From the human T2T-CHM13v2.0 reference genome, Homo sapiens, in assembly GCF_009914755.1 (NCBI RefSeq), contig NC_060942.1: DNA of 64,000 nucleotides. One strand, 5' to 3'. The notes under the pieces were generated by a model that ran no database searches, had not been told where the DNA came from, and saw only the letters and a list, made by a program, of their open reading frames with translations. Shown in pieces: positions 19,668-37,233 of the stretch. A program made the position numbers and the translations under genes. The number at the start of each line of letters is the position of its first letter. Within the stretch, counting starts at the first letter, position 1.

Positions 19668-20310
19668 ATATGACGGCCGTAATGGAGTCCACCGGGTATT
19701 TCAGTTTCTCTCCTGGGCCACTTGAAAGTGGATGTACCCATGGGATTTGCTTTGACCCAGGAGATGTGAGTGGAAGTGAAGCGTGTCACCTCGAGGCAAA
19801 AGAGTTGGGAGCCATTGAGACTGGCCACCCTCTCCTTCATCTCTTAGGGCAGCTGACAGCTCCCATATGGAGGCTGCTCCTTTATTCTTGTGGCAGGATG
19901 AGGGCACGTGGGGCACAGGGCACAGGAGAGCCATGGAGGATGTGCAGCATGGGCAGGAAAAGAGCCTTCAGTGGTGTACATTTCCATCATTTGGGGCTGT
20001 TTGTTACCTACAGTGATACCTAGCCCATCCTAGCAGGCATGCACCATCTACCCCACACTCTGTGATGCAGACTAGCCTGCCGTCAGAACATGAACTGGTG
20101 GTCAGACACACGTAGGTTTCAGTTCCAGCTCTGCCTCTTATTGACTGTAACCTCAGGCTTAACTTTCAGTCTCTGAGCCTCAGTTTCAACTCTGTAAAAT
20201 GAGGTGGCTATACCATCTCAGGTTGCAGAGGGAATTAAATGAAATATAAGTGCATGTAGAGCATTGAACCCAGGGCCTGGCACACACAGTGAGTACTCAA
20301 TGTTAGCCAT
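19668..20310. mobile_element. MLT1 (MaLR) LTR remnant (~19668-20035) followed by MIR (~20090-20310)
   Basis: GGGGCTGTTTGTTAC...CCTAGCCCATCCTAG LTR end; MIR core TCTCTGAGCCTCAGTTTC..CTGTAAAATG. Confidence 0.65.
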
Positions 20311-20498
20311 GTAGCTTCATAATGCATACTGATTGTCAATATTCAGACAATGCAGTAAAGTATTATCAAAAATAAAAGTAAACTTATTTGCATATGTATT
20401 CTTTCAATCTTTATTTTTAAACAGGGTAAAACTATGCATATTCTTTCATAGCCAGTGTTTTTCTCTTCATAGTATATTGTTAAAATAATTTTATCTTG

Positions 20499-21441
<943 letters not shown>

Positions 21442-21743
21442 CTAAACTTGGCAAGATAATAAATAACCTTTTTAAGTGTCGTTGGGCACTTGTCTGGTTG
21501 TTTTTCTTTAGGTTACCATGCCAGCAATGATTCCTTTTGAGTTTCTTACAGAAGATAGTGGTTTTCATCCAAATAAGTCAACTACTCTACCCCATCCCTA
21601 AGCCACTTGTATGGAAAGAAAAAGAGGAAGAAGCCAGTACTGTGACTGTGTAAGCTTCCCCCAGCATCACCCGCTATGAGATGTGTGGCAGCTGAGACCC
21701 GGGAACTGCTCAAGGGCACCAGGCCCCATCTGTCTGCACTCAC

Positions 21744-21863
21744 CTTCCTCAGGTACTCCCATGGGCATGTCACTGACTTTATGTGCTGCTGCAGCTCCTT
21801 GGTGAGCTGGCCCTGGTCATGGGACAGGAACTGTGGGGTCAGGACAATAGAGAGCTTCACCAT
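21744..21863 (-). CDS. NPIP alternative first coding exon MVKL, derived from the ACSM penultimate exon (40 aa)
   Basis: [40 protein letters not shown]|GTGAGT, versus ACSM1 [40 protein letters not shown]. Confidence 0.88.
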
Positions 21864-22780
21864 TTGCAGAATGAGAACAGGAGCTCATGATGAGTGCCTA
21901 TCTATTAGATAATTTAAAAAAAAGGTGTTGAATGAGTGGAAAAACAAGGTGATGTTTGAGTCTATAGTGGTCAAGGGCTTCAGAAAAGGACAGAACCAAG
22001 TTCAAATTCCTGTACTTTGAATTTCTACTTCATGCCATGCAAAATTACTTTACCCCTTTTAACCTCAGTTTTCTTCTGTGTGAAACAGGAACAATAGTTT
22101 CATTCGTCATTCAGTTTCTCTCAAGGTTTCATGAGATCATACCTATAAAACATCCAAGTCATTTAAATGTATCATCATTTCTGTCATAATTAGTGGGATC
22201 CATTTCACTATTATTGGATATACAGTTCTGTGCCTGAAACCTACAAAAAAAGAAAATGTAAAGTCTAAAAAGCATTAGTGATTTCTCATTTTTATATTAC
22301 TAATTATAACCCTATTTAATCACACAAGGCCTTGTCCGTGGCAGGTGCTCAATAAACACTTGTCGAATCAATGCATGTGGGCTCCGGAGCCACACTGTTT
22401 AGATTCTATTCTGCCTCCACCACTTATCAGCTGTGTGATCTGGGTAAGATAATTCACCTCTTTATGTCTGCGCTTCCCTCTCCATAAACTATATATAATG
22501 AGAATCCTTAGCTCATTCGGTTGTGGTGAGGGGTGAATGATTTGGCACTCAGGAGGGGCTTGTTAACATTAGCTGTGATGATCTCCTTCCAAATCTTCAT
22601 TTTCAGAGCCACAGATGAGGCCACAGTGCAACCAGGTGACCTTAGAGTGTAAGTATACATGATCGCCAGCTATGCTCTATCTCCACCATAGGTCCAAGAC
22701 TGGGTAGTTCTGGCCTGGAGGTTTCTGCTGCATCTGCCTTCTCAGTGTTCACCTAAGGGCTTTTGTATTTTCCTCCTCAC

Positions 22781-22841
22781 ATCCCCACAGATGGGGTTCA
22801 GGCTGCCGGACACAGCTGGGTGATGCCAGGGCAGTGGTCAC
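22781..22841 (-). pseudogene. Degenerate upstream ACSM exon remnant
   Basis: CACAG|...HHPAVSGSLNPICGD|GTGAG resembles ACSM EHPAV...GSPDPIRGE with a deletion and a stop. Confidence 0.45.
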
Positions 22842-24495
22842 CTGTGCCAGCCCCGTGAGGTAGCTGGAGGATCATTGTTCCTTCCTTCTCGGGCTCTGGG
22901 CAGATGCCAGGGCTGGGGTGACCCATGCCCTCAAGTTTCTTGCTTTGGTGGGCCACATTTTCCCTTGGCAAAGAGGGTAAAGGTCACAGGATGCCGGAGA
23001 GCTGTGACTTCTCTGTGCCCTGGGCCCAAACTATGAAGACCTGACACACTATGCTAAAAGTCCAAGGCTGGGTGCTCCCCAGAGCTTCTTGCCTCACCGC
23101 TTCTGCTGAGGGAGGAATGAATACTATATCCTCCCAGAGCTTTGGGAGCTTGTAGCAAGCAGCCTCCCCAGCGCAAAATCTCTTGGAAACCTCTAACTGT
23201 GTCTGAAACATTAGTGCAAATGTTGCATCCTATTTCCCATATGTCCGCATGTTTTAGGAAAAAACCCTCAATTTCCTAAATATGCAAGAAAAATCGGTAT
23301 TGTAGGACAATGTGACTTTTTAAAAAATGTTATTTAAAAATCTTCCCTACCTCCTTTTCTGCCCTCCAAGACTGCCAAATACTTGTTGAACATATATTAT
23401 TAAATGCCTACTACGTGCCAGCCATGATTCATGGTCTTGGGGACACAGCAGAGAACGAACTGACAGGATTCCTCTCTTATGTAACTCACATTCTTATATG
23501 ATAATGATAAGGGTTAACATTAATTAAGCTGTCACTACGTGTTAGTCACGGTGCAGTCATTCCCACACATTATTACACTTAAACCTGCTAGCAAGCTTGC
23601 AAGGTAGTTAGTTGTTTTTCCTTTAAAAACTGAGTCTTGGAATGATGAAGCACTCTGTCCAATGTCACACAGCTAGTAAGTGTGGAGACCTTGCATCCAA
23701 TCAATGCCCATCTCATTCTAAAGGCCATGTTATGTGTTCTCCAGCCCTTGGAGAATAATTTTAACACAGTCAATGAAATTTCTACACAACAATGTTCTTG
23801 TCTCAAGTCCAAGAATGCCTCCTACACCTCCTATAATACTGGCTTTCTGGTGAGTAAAGATGCCATTCTCCTGTGTAATCAGGTGGCAAATGGAGATATG
23901 ACCAAAGTAACCATCTGCCTACACTCATAACCCTGTACACACTCTTCCTGTGTCGATTCAATTCAAGTACCCCTTTTGATCACTTAGCAAATGTGACCTT
24001 TAAAAGGGTTGAGGTTTTTATATCCATGTAAGTTTCTGTATTGCTTTGGAAGTCTCTGGTTAAATTAATACTCTTTTAATAGTGACCTGTGATTCTGTTT
24101 TGATCAAGTGTTTTCAAACTTGACGTCTTTGATGGGTTTCTCCAGTGTCAAAATCCTAAATCAAGTCTTTTTGGCTTAAAACTAACTTTGGGATTTTTTC
24201 AGCTGCATCCCTTGGGGAGTCTAAAGAATGTATCTCTCATCTTGTAGAGGTATTAAGTGATTCGATTTATTTGGTAGATTAAATGGGCAGGCATTGTCAA
24301 ATGTGGCGATACTGCATGGGAGGGCACTGTCAAGTGAGGTGACATTAGATCTCATCTCAGTTATATTTATGGGTATGTTGTTGATATACGTGTTCCAAAA
24401 ATTGCATACATTTATACAAATTTAATATGATTTGTAATTTTGATAGTTATGCTAAATATTTGCTAAAGTTATATTTGTATAAACATGTCATGAAT

Positions 24496-25775
<1,280 letters not shown>

Positions 25776-26150
25776 CAGTAAATACATTTTTTATTATCAA
25801 AAAAGAGTAGTGTATGGTTGGCGTATTCTGTGTAGAATGTATTTTATTGATGTCTCCTATTTTTATAATTTCTGAGTTAAGTACTTTTTAATTAATGCTT
25901 TTTAGTTTTGGGCAGATTCAGTTGACTAAAGCACCTCTTTTCCCAGATACATGAAATAAAATATTTGGCTTATTTTCCAATTTCACACTGATGTTATTTT
26001 GTGAAAATCAGTGCTTTAAGATAAATCTTTATACGTTAAGGTAAACATGAGAAACTTGATCTAATATTTAATATTTATTCAGTTCTACACTTTATTAACT
26101 TCTACACCAGCAGATTTAGACATTATGTAACTATCTCAAGAAGTTTCACT

Positions 26151-26247
26151 TGGATGTAATGCTTCACGCTTGTAATGCTTCCCAGCACTTTAGGAGGCTG
26201 AGGTGGGAGGACTGCTTAAGGCAAGGAGTCTGAGACCAGCCTGGGCA
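26151..26247 (+). mobile_element. Truncated Alu left arm marking the end of the LCR16a block
   Basis: CACGCTTGTAAT..CCCAGCACTTTAGGAGGCTGAGG...GAGACCAGCCTGGGCA, then an abrupt switch to an antisense Alu 22-mer. Confidence 0.75.
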
Positions 26248-27300
<1,053 letters not shown>

Positions 27301-27954
27301 TTAAGGACCTAACCATTCAGAGGAAAAAAATGACCCATCACGAAAATAAAAATCAATCAACAGAAGCAGACATAGAAATGACGTATTAGTGACTAGAAAA
27401 GGAGATTAAAACAGTTAGTATAAATATGCACCACATGTTCAAAATAGTAAAGCATCCACAAAATTAGAAATATAAGAGATATAAAAATGACTCAACTCAA
27501 ATTTCTAGAGATGAAAAAGACAATGTCTAAGATTAAAATACACTGGATAGCAAATAACAACTTGGATGAATCTCCAGGGAATTATGCTTGCGGGGAGAAA
27601 CAGTCCCAAAACTTTACGGTATAATTCTATTGACAAAACATTTTGAAATGGCAAAATTTCAGGAATGGAGAACAGATCAGTGGTTGTCAGGACTTAGAGA
27701 TGAAAGAGGTGGTAGAGGGGCAAGAGAGAGGTGGCTGCAATTATAAGAGGACAGTACAAAGGGGACTTGTAGTGTTAGAACTGTTCAGTATTACAACTAT
27801 GGTGGTGAATACATGAACCTGCACAGGTGATCAAATTGTATGCAACGTAATAGACACAGATAGAGACACCTACACACAGAGTGCAAGTAACACCAGGAAT
27901 CTCTGGATAACATTGGTACATTGTATCAATGTCAGTATCCTGGTTGTGATATTA

Positions 27955-28267
27955 CAGTCAACCCCCTGTAGCCTGAGGTTCTGCATCTACTGATTCAAAC
28001 AACTACAGATGGAAAATATGTGAAGAATAAAGCAATAAAAAATAATATAATCAAAAACCAATACAGCATAACAGCTGCCATACATAGCCTTGACATTACA
28101 TTAGGTATTAAAAGTAATCTAGAGATGATTTAAAGTATACAGGAGGATGTGGGTAGGTTATATGCAAATACTATGCCATTTTATATCAGGGACTTGAGCA
28201 TCCATGGATTTTGGTATCTGCGAGGGTCCTGGAACTAATCCTGCTTGGATACTGAGGGATGTCCCTA
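27955..28267 (+). mobile_element. MER2-like TcMar-Tigger DNA transposon
   Basis: TA|CAGTC..GGTTCTGCATC...GGGACTTGAGCATCCATGGATTTTGGTATC...GGATACTGAGGGA..|TA. Confidence 0.85.
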
Positions 28268-28358
28268 TAGTACAACTTAGCAAAATGTTACCATTGATGA
28301 AAACTGGGCAAAGCATACAAATGATCTGTATTATCTCTAACAATAACATATGAATCTA

Positions 28359-28675
<317 letters not shown>

Positions 28676-29741
28676 TTAACTGTAGGTCTACATCAAGCCA
28701 TCTAGTAAACATACCATTTAATTCACAAAAAAAAAGTGGAGCTCTCTGACGGGACGTAAAAAATACGTTAGCAAGTAATGGCCAAAAATTTTCTAAATTT
28801 CATGAAAACTATTAACCCAGAGATCTAAGAAGCTCAATGATGCCTCACACCCCTATAGGTCTTTTCAATGAAAACACAATGCCATATTGGCATGAAGGTA
28901 AATCTATAGATCAATGAAATGTAAAAAAGACTCTGGAAATAGAAAATTGGAGGCAAAGTAATGTGGAAAAGAATAATCTTTCCAACCAATGCTGGATTGA
29001 TAGAAAAGCCGTATGCAAAAATAAATAAATGAATAATTCTCAACCCTTACACTTCACACCATACACAAAAATTAACTTAGAATGGATAAAGGATCTAAAG
29101 GTAAAACTAAAAACTGTAGAACTTCTGGAAGAAAATAAATTCTTAGTAACCTGTAAATAGCATGGGTTTCCTAAACAGAGTATCAAAAGTTGGAACTACT
29201 ACAGAAACAGAATTATAGACTTCATTACAGTTAAGATCTTTTCATCTGCAAAATACATTGTCTCTCCTCTCTGTCTCTATGGACATGCCTATCTGGATAT
29301 TTCCTATAATAGGAATAACAGCGTGTGACCTTTTATGACTGGCTTCTTTCATGTAACATAAAGTTTTCAAGTTCATCCATGTTGCAGCCTGCATCAGTGC
29401 TTCATTTCTTTTCATGGCCAAATAATATTCCACTGCATGCATACACTACATTTTATTTATTCATTCATCTTGATAGACATTTAGACTGTTTCCACTTTTT
29501 GGCTGTTGTGGATAATGCTTCCATGAATATTCATGTACAAGTGCCTGTGTGCACCTATGTTTTCAATTCTCTTGGATTTATGTCTAGAAGTGGAATTGCT
29601 GGGTGTGAACACCATTTCAAATATTGCTGAAATATTGTATTCACTGATTTATGTAATAGCTATTGCTTTGAAAAGATTAAAGCAAAAAGTGGAAGCTGGC
29701 TTTAAAAAAAAAAAAAGAAAGAAAATGAAAAGACCAGCCAA

Positions 29742-30885
29742 TGCCTCTGCCCGGCCACCCCATCTGGGAGGTGAGGAGCGCCTCTGCCCGGCCGCCCATC
29801 ATCTGGGAGGTGAGGAGTGCCTCTGCCTGGCCACCCCGTCTGGGATGTGAAGAGCGCCTCTGCCCGGCCGCCCATTGTCTGGGAGGTGAGGAGCGCCTCT
29901 GCCCAGCCGCCCACCCCGTCTGGGAGGTGAGGAGTGCCTCTGCCCGGCCGCCACCCCCTCTGGGAGGTGAGGAGTGCCTCTGCCCGGCCGCCCATCATCT
30001 GGTAGGTGAGGAGCGCCTCTGCCCGGCCGCCACCCCGTCTGGGAGGTGAGGAGCGCCTCTGCCCAGCCGCCCATCATCTGGTAGGTGAGGAGCGCCTCTG
30101 CCCGGCCGCCACCCCGTCTGGGAGGTGAGGAGCGCCTCTGCCCTGCCGCCACCCTGTCTGGGAGGTGAGGAGCGCCTCTGCCCAGCCACCACCCCGTCTG
30201 GGAGGTGAGGCGCGCCTCTGCCCTGCCGCCACCCTGTCTGGGAGGTGAGGAGCGCCTCTGCCCAGCCACCACCCCATCTTGGAGGTGAGGAGCGCCTCTG
30301 CCTGGCCGCCCATCGTCTGGGAGATGAGAAGCGCCTCTGCCCGGCCGCCCCATCTGGGATGTGAGGAGCGCCTCGGCCCGGCCACCACCTCGTGTGGGAA
30401 GTGAGGAGCGCCTCGGCCTGGCTGCCCCGTCTGGGAGGTGAGGAGCACCTCTGCCCGGCCACCCCGTCTGGGAGGTGAGGAGCACCTCTGCCCGGCCACC
30501 CCGTCTGGGAGGTGAGGAGCGCCTCTGCCCGGCCACCCCGTCTGGGAGGTGTACCCAACAGCTCTGAAGAGACAGCGACCATCAAGAACGGGCCATGATG
30601 ACGATGGCGGTTTTGTAGAAAAGAAAAGGAGGAAATGTGGAGAAAAGAAAGAGAGAACAGATTGTTACTGTGTCTGTGTAGAAAGAAGTAGACATAGGGG
30701 ACTCCATTTTGTTCTGTACTAAGAAAAATTCTTCTGCCTTGGGATGCTGTTGATCTATAACCTTACCCCCAACCCCGTGCTCTCTGAAACATGTGCTGTG
30801 TCCACTCAGGGTTAAATGGATTAAGGGCAGTGCAAGATGTGCTTTGTTAAACAGATGCTTGAAGGCAAAAAAAAAAAAAAAAAAA
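29742..30885 (+). mobile_element. SVA retrotransposon (old, SVA_A-like): 5'-truncated VNTR, shortened SINE-R and poly-A
   Basis: ~37-41-bp GCCTCTGCCCGGCC..CCCCGTCTGGGAGGTGAGGA units 29742-30550; SINE-R GTACCCAACAGCTC...ACAGATGCTTGAAGGC; A19 at 30867-30885. Confidence 0.95.
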
Positions 30886-31230
30886 GGGAGCGGGCTATTG
30901 ATTCGTGCAATAATGATGAATCTCGAAATGATGCTGAACGGAAGAGGCCAGACAAAAATAGAGTCCTGCTCCATGATTCCATTTATATAAGGTTCTGGAT
31001 GATACAAAGTAATCTATTGTGAAAGAAAACAGGTTTGCCGTTGCCTGAGATGGATTGCAGACACATGGAGAATCTTCGGTGGTGATAATGTTCATCATTT
31101 CGATTGTGGTGATGGTATCATGGGTATACAATAAACATTAAAACTCATCAAATTATATACTTTAAGCAGGTACTGTTTATTTTTCATAATTACTCCCCAT
31201 TCAAACTGGAGAAAATGAGCAAAAAAAAAA
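30886..31230 (+). mobile_element. L1ME-type 3' end fragment
   Basis: GATGAATCTCGAAAT...ATGATTCCATTTATATAAGGTTCT...AAACTCATCAAATTATATACTTT. Confidence 0.75.
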
Positions 31231-32255
31231 AATATTTGGGCTCCCCTCCTGGTACAAGTCATTGTAACTAGGTGTGTGGACATCATAAATTATTTTCTCA
31301 ATCACGTGAGATCACATTCAAACAACATGTTTTTTCCTTCAGAAAAAAATGGGGTCCCTGTTCCAATGCCTACACATTTTCCATCCATCTTCAGAGGTGA
31401 CAAAAACCAAAGAGAAAGAACATCCTACACACAGTCCTGAAGGATCGCTTCTATGTAAGATAGGAATATCTTCACTAGGTATGTATCTAGAGCAATTCTG
31501 ATACAAGTATACCAGAATAAATGCACAGATGATTTCTCAGCAACATTATTTTAACAGTTCCAGGAAAAAAGGCTTTCCAGTTTGGGGTGTTTTTGTTTTT
31601 TGTGGGGTTTTTGTTTTGTTTTGTTTTTTGTTTTTTTTGGCTATGAAATGGCCATAGGAGAAAGTATAAAGAAAATAAGTTGTGGTCCCATGGTGGAATA
31701 CTATACAGCAGTGAAAATGAACTGTAGCTACATCCCTCAGCATAAATAAGTCTCAAAACTATAATATTAAATGAAAAAAGCAAAATGTAAAAACACTCCA
31801 AACTGAGTATATCATTTAGAGATACAAACACAGGTGGTAAAACCAAGCATGATGGTCACCAACGCACACAGAGTAGCTGTGCTGGTTGTTTATGGCCTCA
31901 TTCCATCTGATTGTCCAGTGCCCGTGGCATACTGGTTGTTAAATATTTTGAATATTGTCCCTCAAAAAAAAACTATAAAGAAGGCTGAGAAAATAGGACC
32001 ACAAAATTCCATTTCTTCCCATATCAGGAAAGTAATGAGATGTAGGAAACAAAGACTTAAAAATTAAAGCTGTTGGTTATCTTCTATTTCTCATACTTGG
32101 TATTTTTTATTTTATTATTCTTTTACTCTATGTGCTCACATGTGCATGGCATGTGTATATCTGTGTGTGCTCTTCTGGTTTTTAGGGGTCTTTTGCTTTT
32201 GTTTTGTGTGAAACCATTTATGTATGACCATAAATTCGCTTGTTTATATATTTCA

Positions 32256-34682
32256 TGTGGCAACCAGGCTCCAAGATCACTTCAGTGGTCTTGTTTTCTG
32301 ACATTCATATCCTGTGTACTCTCCTCCCCCGACAGTAAGTGGGATAGGCTGTCACTGCAGAAATAAATGAGTGTGTGATGTCCACATCAAGGGCATAAAA
32401 AGCAAGTTCTCACTCATTCTGGAAGAAACCAGCTGCCATGCTGTGAGGAAACTCAAGCAGCCCTGTGGAGAGATCCGTGTGTCAAGGAAACAAGGCTTGC
32501 TTCCAGCAGCCAGCAACAACAGCCAGCCATGCGAGTGAGGCATCCTGAAATTGGGTTTGCTGATTCCAGATAAGTCTTCAAATGACTGTATTCCAGCTGA
32601 CATTTTAACTGCCATTTAATAAGAGACCCTAAGGCAGGACCACCCAACTAAATAGTCATGCCTTAATTCCTGACCCACAGAACATGGGTGACATAATAAA
32701 TGTTTTTTAGTGTTTTAAGCATCTAGGTTTTAGGGTAACTTGTTATGCAGCAGTAAATAACTAATATATTTTGGAAGGTGGAGGCGGGATGTTACTGTAA
32801 CAAAAACCTAAAATGTGGGAGATGCTGTGGATTTGGCAGTGGGAGGAAGCTGGCAGGACTTTAAGGAATGTTAATGAAAGCCTAAAGGACTTTCAAGGGA
32901 CTGTTAGCAAAAGCATGGTGACATTTGAGAAGGTTGTCTGTGAGGGCTTAAAGGAAACTGAGGCGACTCATTGGAAACAGGTGGTTATGCAGTGGCAAAA
33001 CGTATAGCAACGCTGTCGTCTACAGAATGTGGAAAATAGAAAATGTATCCTGTGAACTGAGTTTTAAAGGTGCCCCTGATTTTTTTTCCTGCTATTTATA
33101 CTAGCAGGAACTGTTGGACATTCCCAGCCTCTCCATCTTCAGATGGCAAAGATGCTAAAGGTAAGAACTGGCTTCTTATCAAAGATCATACATATCCAGG
33201 GCCCTCTCAAGAAAAGAAGATCGAAAGATGACATCCAGTGTGTGACTGCAAAATCCCAAAGAACTGTTCAGTCAAACAGCAGGACTTCTGCATATGTTAA
33301 AGGTGTTGCCATTTAGCAGTCTCAGTAGCAGCCTAAAGGTAAAGAGAAAGATTTATTTTAAAGAGATTTACGGGCGTGACTTCTGTCAAATGGAATGAGC
33401 CCATCAAGGAGGCTCCCAGCTACTGGAAAAGAATTGCTTTGGCAGAAACACCAGCTTGGACTGAAAGGGACAGAGGTACAAATGAAAAGTGGCTTTGAAC
33501 CCTCAAACATTTGCAGGCAGGAAGACTGAAAGACTACTCAGTTTCAAACGTAGTCTACAAAGGAGGAATGACGGAAACATGGAAATAAGGCCGGCAGGGC
33601 AGAGCCAAGAAGCAGGGAGACTCATTCCCAGACAGGAGTAGGACTGAGTCCTATTCACGTAACTTTCAAACTGTGCCCAGATGGATTTCAGAATTGGTAT
33701 GGACCAGTGATTCCTGTACGGCTCCCATTTCCCCTCTTTTTAGACAGGAACGTCTTAGCAGCTATCTTGTGCCTGTCACATCATCATATGTTGGATGTGT
33801 GACAGGCAAATAATTTGTCTCTTTCATTCATAGATCCTCAGATCAAGAGAAACTGGATCGGAGTAGCCTCAACCACACTTGGGCCTGATTCAGATCTTGA
33901 GATCCTGGATTTTTCAAGGTGATGCTTTTACAGGATGAGACTTTGGGGGGCATTGAGATGACTGTAGTTTGCATGCAGGAAGGACATGAGTCACTGGGGG
34001 TGAGAGGGCAGACTATGGTAGCCAGTTTCCAAGAGAAACCCAATGCCCCCGACCTCCTGGTATTCATACCCTCATGTATTCTCTTCCAAAATGAGCATGG
34101 CTTAAGGGTGTAACCAATAGGATATTGCAGAAATCATGGAGTATGACTTCGCAGGCTAGGTAACAAAAGATATTTTGGCCTACCCTTAAGTTCTCTGGGA
34201 TCACTCATTAGTGGGGTAACCAATGACCATGCCATGAGGACACGTCAGCAGCCCTGTGGAGAGGCCCATGCAGCAAGGAGCTAAGGGCACCTGCCGACGC
34301 CAGCCCCATTCCAGCCTGCCAGTCATGTGAGTGGGACATCCTGAAATCATTGCTTTAAGCATCCAACTCGTGGGGTGATTTGTTAATGCAGTGATAGACA
34401 ACTAGTAGATTTTGGAATGCAGAAGAAAGGTACCTCAGTAACAAAAACTTAACATTTGGGAGAAGCTGTGGATTTGGTGGTATGCAAAAGCTGGAGTGTC
34501 CACCCCCTGTACAAAGCTCTCAGCCACTGTGGTGCTGGTGGGGTCCTGGCTACAGCTTCATAAGAAGTTTCTAGTTAAGCCACTCCCAAATTCCTGGTCC
34601 ACTGAATCAGTGCAAGGTAATAGATATTGCTGCTTAAGACCACTGAGTGTTAGGTAATTTTTTTATGCAGGAATAGATAATG
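32256..34682 (+). mobile_element. MLT1 (MaLR) LTR-internal-LTR remnant with an extra internal start and LTR end
   Basis: LTR ends GTAACTTGTTATGCAGCAGTAAATAACTAATA (~32765), TTTGTTAATGCAGTGATAGACAACTAG (~34406) and TTTATGCAGGAATAGATAA (~34680). Confidence 0.7.
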
Positions 34683-34936
34683 TTTCCCAATACAAAAGTA
34701 TAGGGAAGCAAAGGGAAATTGGAGAATATTGAGGAATGAAAGCAGAGGTAGCACATGGGATTTAAAACAACCCATTGTTTTACATAAATGGGATCATATT
34801 TTATTTACTATTCTATGACATATTTTATACTTAAATTTTATGTAATTTTTTTCAGTAAAAGGAAATGACATGGCATTTTCATGATTTTTAAGAAAGGAAT
34901 AGTTATTAAAATTTTATTGTGTGTGGTTTTCCTTTT

Positions 34937-35227
<291 letters not shown>

Positions 35228-37233
35228 CCTATGTGTGCTTTTCCAAACAGAAACATTAGTTCCAGTGAAAGAAAAAAAAAGTGGGGTAAACTGCACCACC
35301 AGGAAAGAAATTTAAAGTATACCACAATCAAAAAAATGAATTAACAACCTTATTTTATTCTTAATAAATAAGACGAGAGGATTTTTTAAAAATCCACCTA
35401 CACTCCTACCACAGTGATAGTTGGTTTTATTTTCCTCATGTTTTTTCCAGGTTTTACTCAAAAGTATTTGATTTTACACGGTTAAAATCAAACACACAAG
35501 TTTTATTCTTTGCTCGCTTAATGGTACATCTTACAGATTTTTCATGTTATTCCACAGACTTTACGTGTATCATTATTACAGATGTATGACAGTCCCTTCA
35601 GTTTCTTCAAAAATTTATACATTTCTCACTTTCCAGCCAGATGTGCAAAGAAAATGTGGGTTCTTTATCCTTTATAAACACTTGGATATTCTCATGAGCC
35701 CACTCCACCGGGAGTAAGGAAGGACACATAAACTTTGAACTTGAAACTTTATGTTACCACAGTCCCTGCCCAATTTCACGAGCTCTTGGGTGACTTCTGA
35801 GGCGGGTAAATAACGTTTCCTGCTTCTTCCACTCTCTTGCTCTTCTCCAAGAGGATGTGGGCCTGGAGTGGTGCCCATGCCTTCGCAGCGCTGGAGGCCT
35901 GTGCTCCTTCCATGGGTCCCCACCTTGGATCCTGTCCTGGGTGCACATTGGCTGGTTCCACTTAAGTGAGAGTGAAATGGAATCCAGCTGAGAAATGTGA
36001 CTTTCCCTTTAGTACGGGCATCCCTCCCAAAGAGCCTGGCTGTCTCCCACTGCTGGCGAACCCCACCTCAGCTCCTGCTGTGCGGTGGGGCCTCTTGGCG
36101 TCCACTTGTTACATTGCAATCCCACCTGCCCCCAGTCCAGGCAGCTCACCTGGCCGCTCTCATCTGCAGGGCCCCTCCAACCCCACCTTGGCAGACTTCT
36201 AGGGCAAGCTCCCCAGCAAGTAGCTCAGATCTACCCTGCATCCCTAGGACGTCGGGGTCCCTTCCCACGCCACACAGCAGCTGATGCTGCTCTGGCACTC
36301 AAGCTTGTGCTTCATTTCCATTTGTAATCTAGGGAAGGCCCTTGCCCCTGTGCTCTCTTCGCAGGAATTCTGAAATGAGCAAGGCCAAATGCCCTCTTCC
36401 ACAGGCCTTCTAGCCAACCCGTCTAAAGCACCTCCCTGCTGTGCTTCTGCATCCCTGCACCTGCCTCTTCTGCTCCCGTGGTGGCAGGATGGGGAGCAAA
36501 ACCGAAAAACATCTGGGAAAGAACGCAAAGGAAGACAAAAAGCAAGCAGGACCCTTACCACAGGAAATAAGCAGCTGAAATGAAGGGGGAAACCAGGAGC
36601 ATTGATCGAGAGCATGGGGAATGGTCTAGTGCCCCAAACAAAAAGTGTTAGGTGCCCACTGGCTTCAGCAACATGCAGGTACTGGGGGACCTTGAAATGA
36701 TGCCGTTTCGGTGGAGTGGAGATGAGGAAGTCAGCCAGCCTGCAGTGGCTTCGGGAACAAGTCGAGGCAAGAAAGGAAGACAGTGGATGTAGACACTGCT
36801 TTCAAGAAATTTGACTGTGAAGGGAAGGAAAGATATGAGATATGGAATGCAGGTGGCAAATGCAGCATCCAGTATTTTGGCTTTTTGGTTGGGGCAAAGG
36901 TAAATTCAACACTGATGAGAGCCAGCCAGTAGTGAGGGGAAGGCTAGCAATTCAGACAGCGTCTTTTCTGCAGGAGGGAGGTAGGGTTTTCTGCTAAGAG
37001 AGTAAGCAGCAGGGGCAGGAGGATCAAAGGACCCGGGTACCAAGAAGTTTGGAAAGAGCTTCCATGCTTAATGCAGGAAAAGCGGAATGAAGACATACAA
37101 GAATTACCAAGGAGTGCTGGATGCGCAGACGGCCTCAGCCAGCACGAATTGACTGGGGCAGTGACCTGGAAGGAGATGGGTGCACCTGTGTGCTTCCCAG
37201 CAAATCCCGACTTCAGGGTCCGGTCACAGAAGT

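Noticed and set aside
29742-30550. Regular ~40-bp repeats and overlapping long ORFs (up to 245 aa) that might suggest a CRISPR array or gene
   Set aside because: No unique spacers; this is the GC-rich SVA VNTR, naturally poor in stop codons
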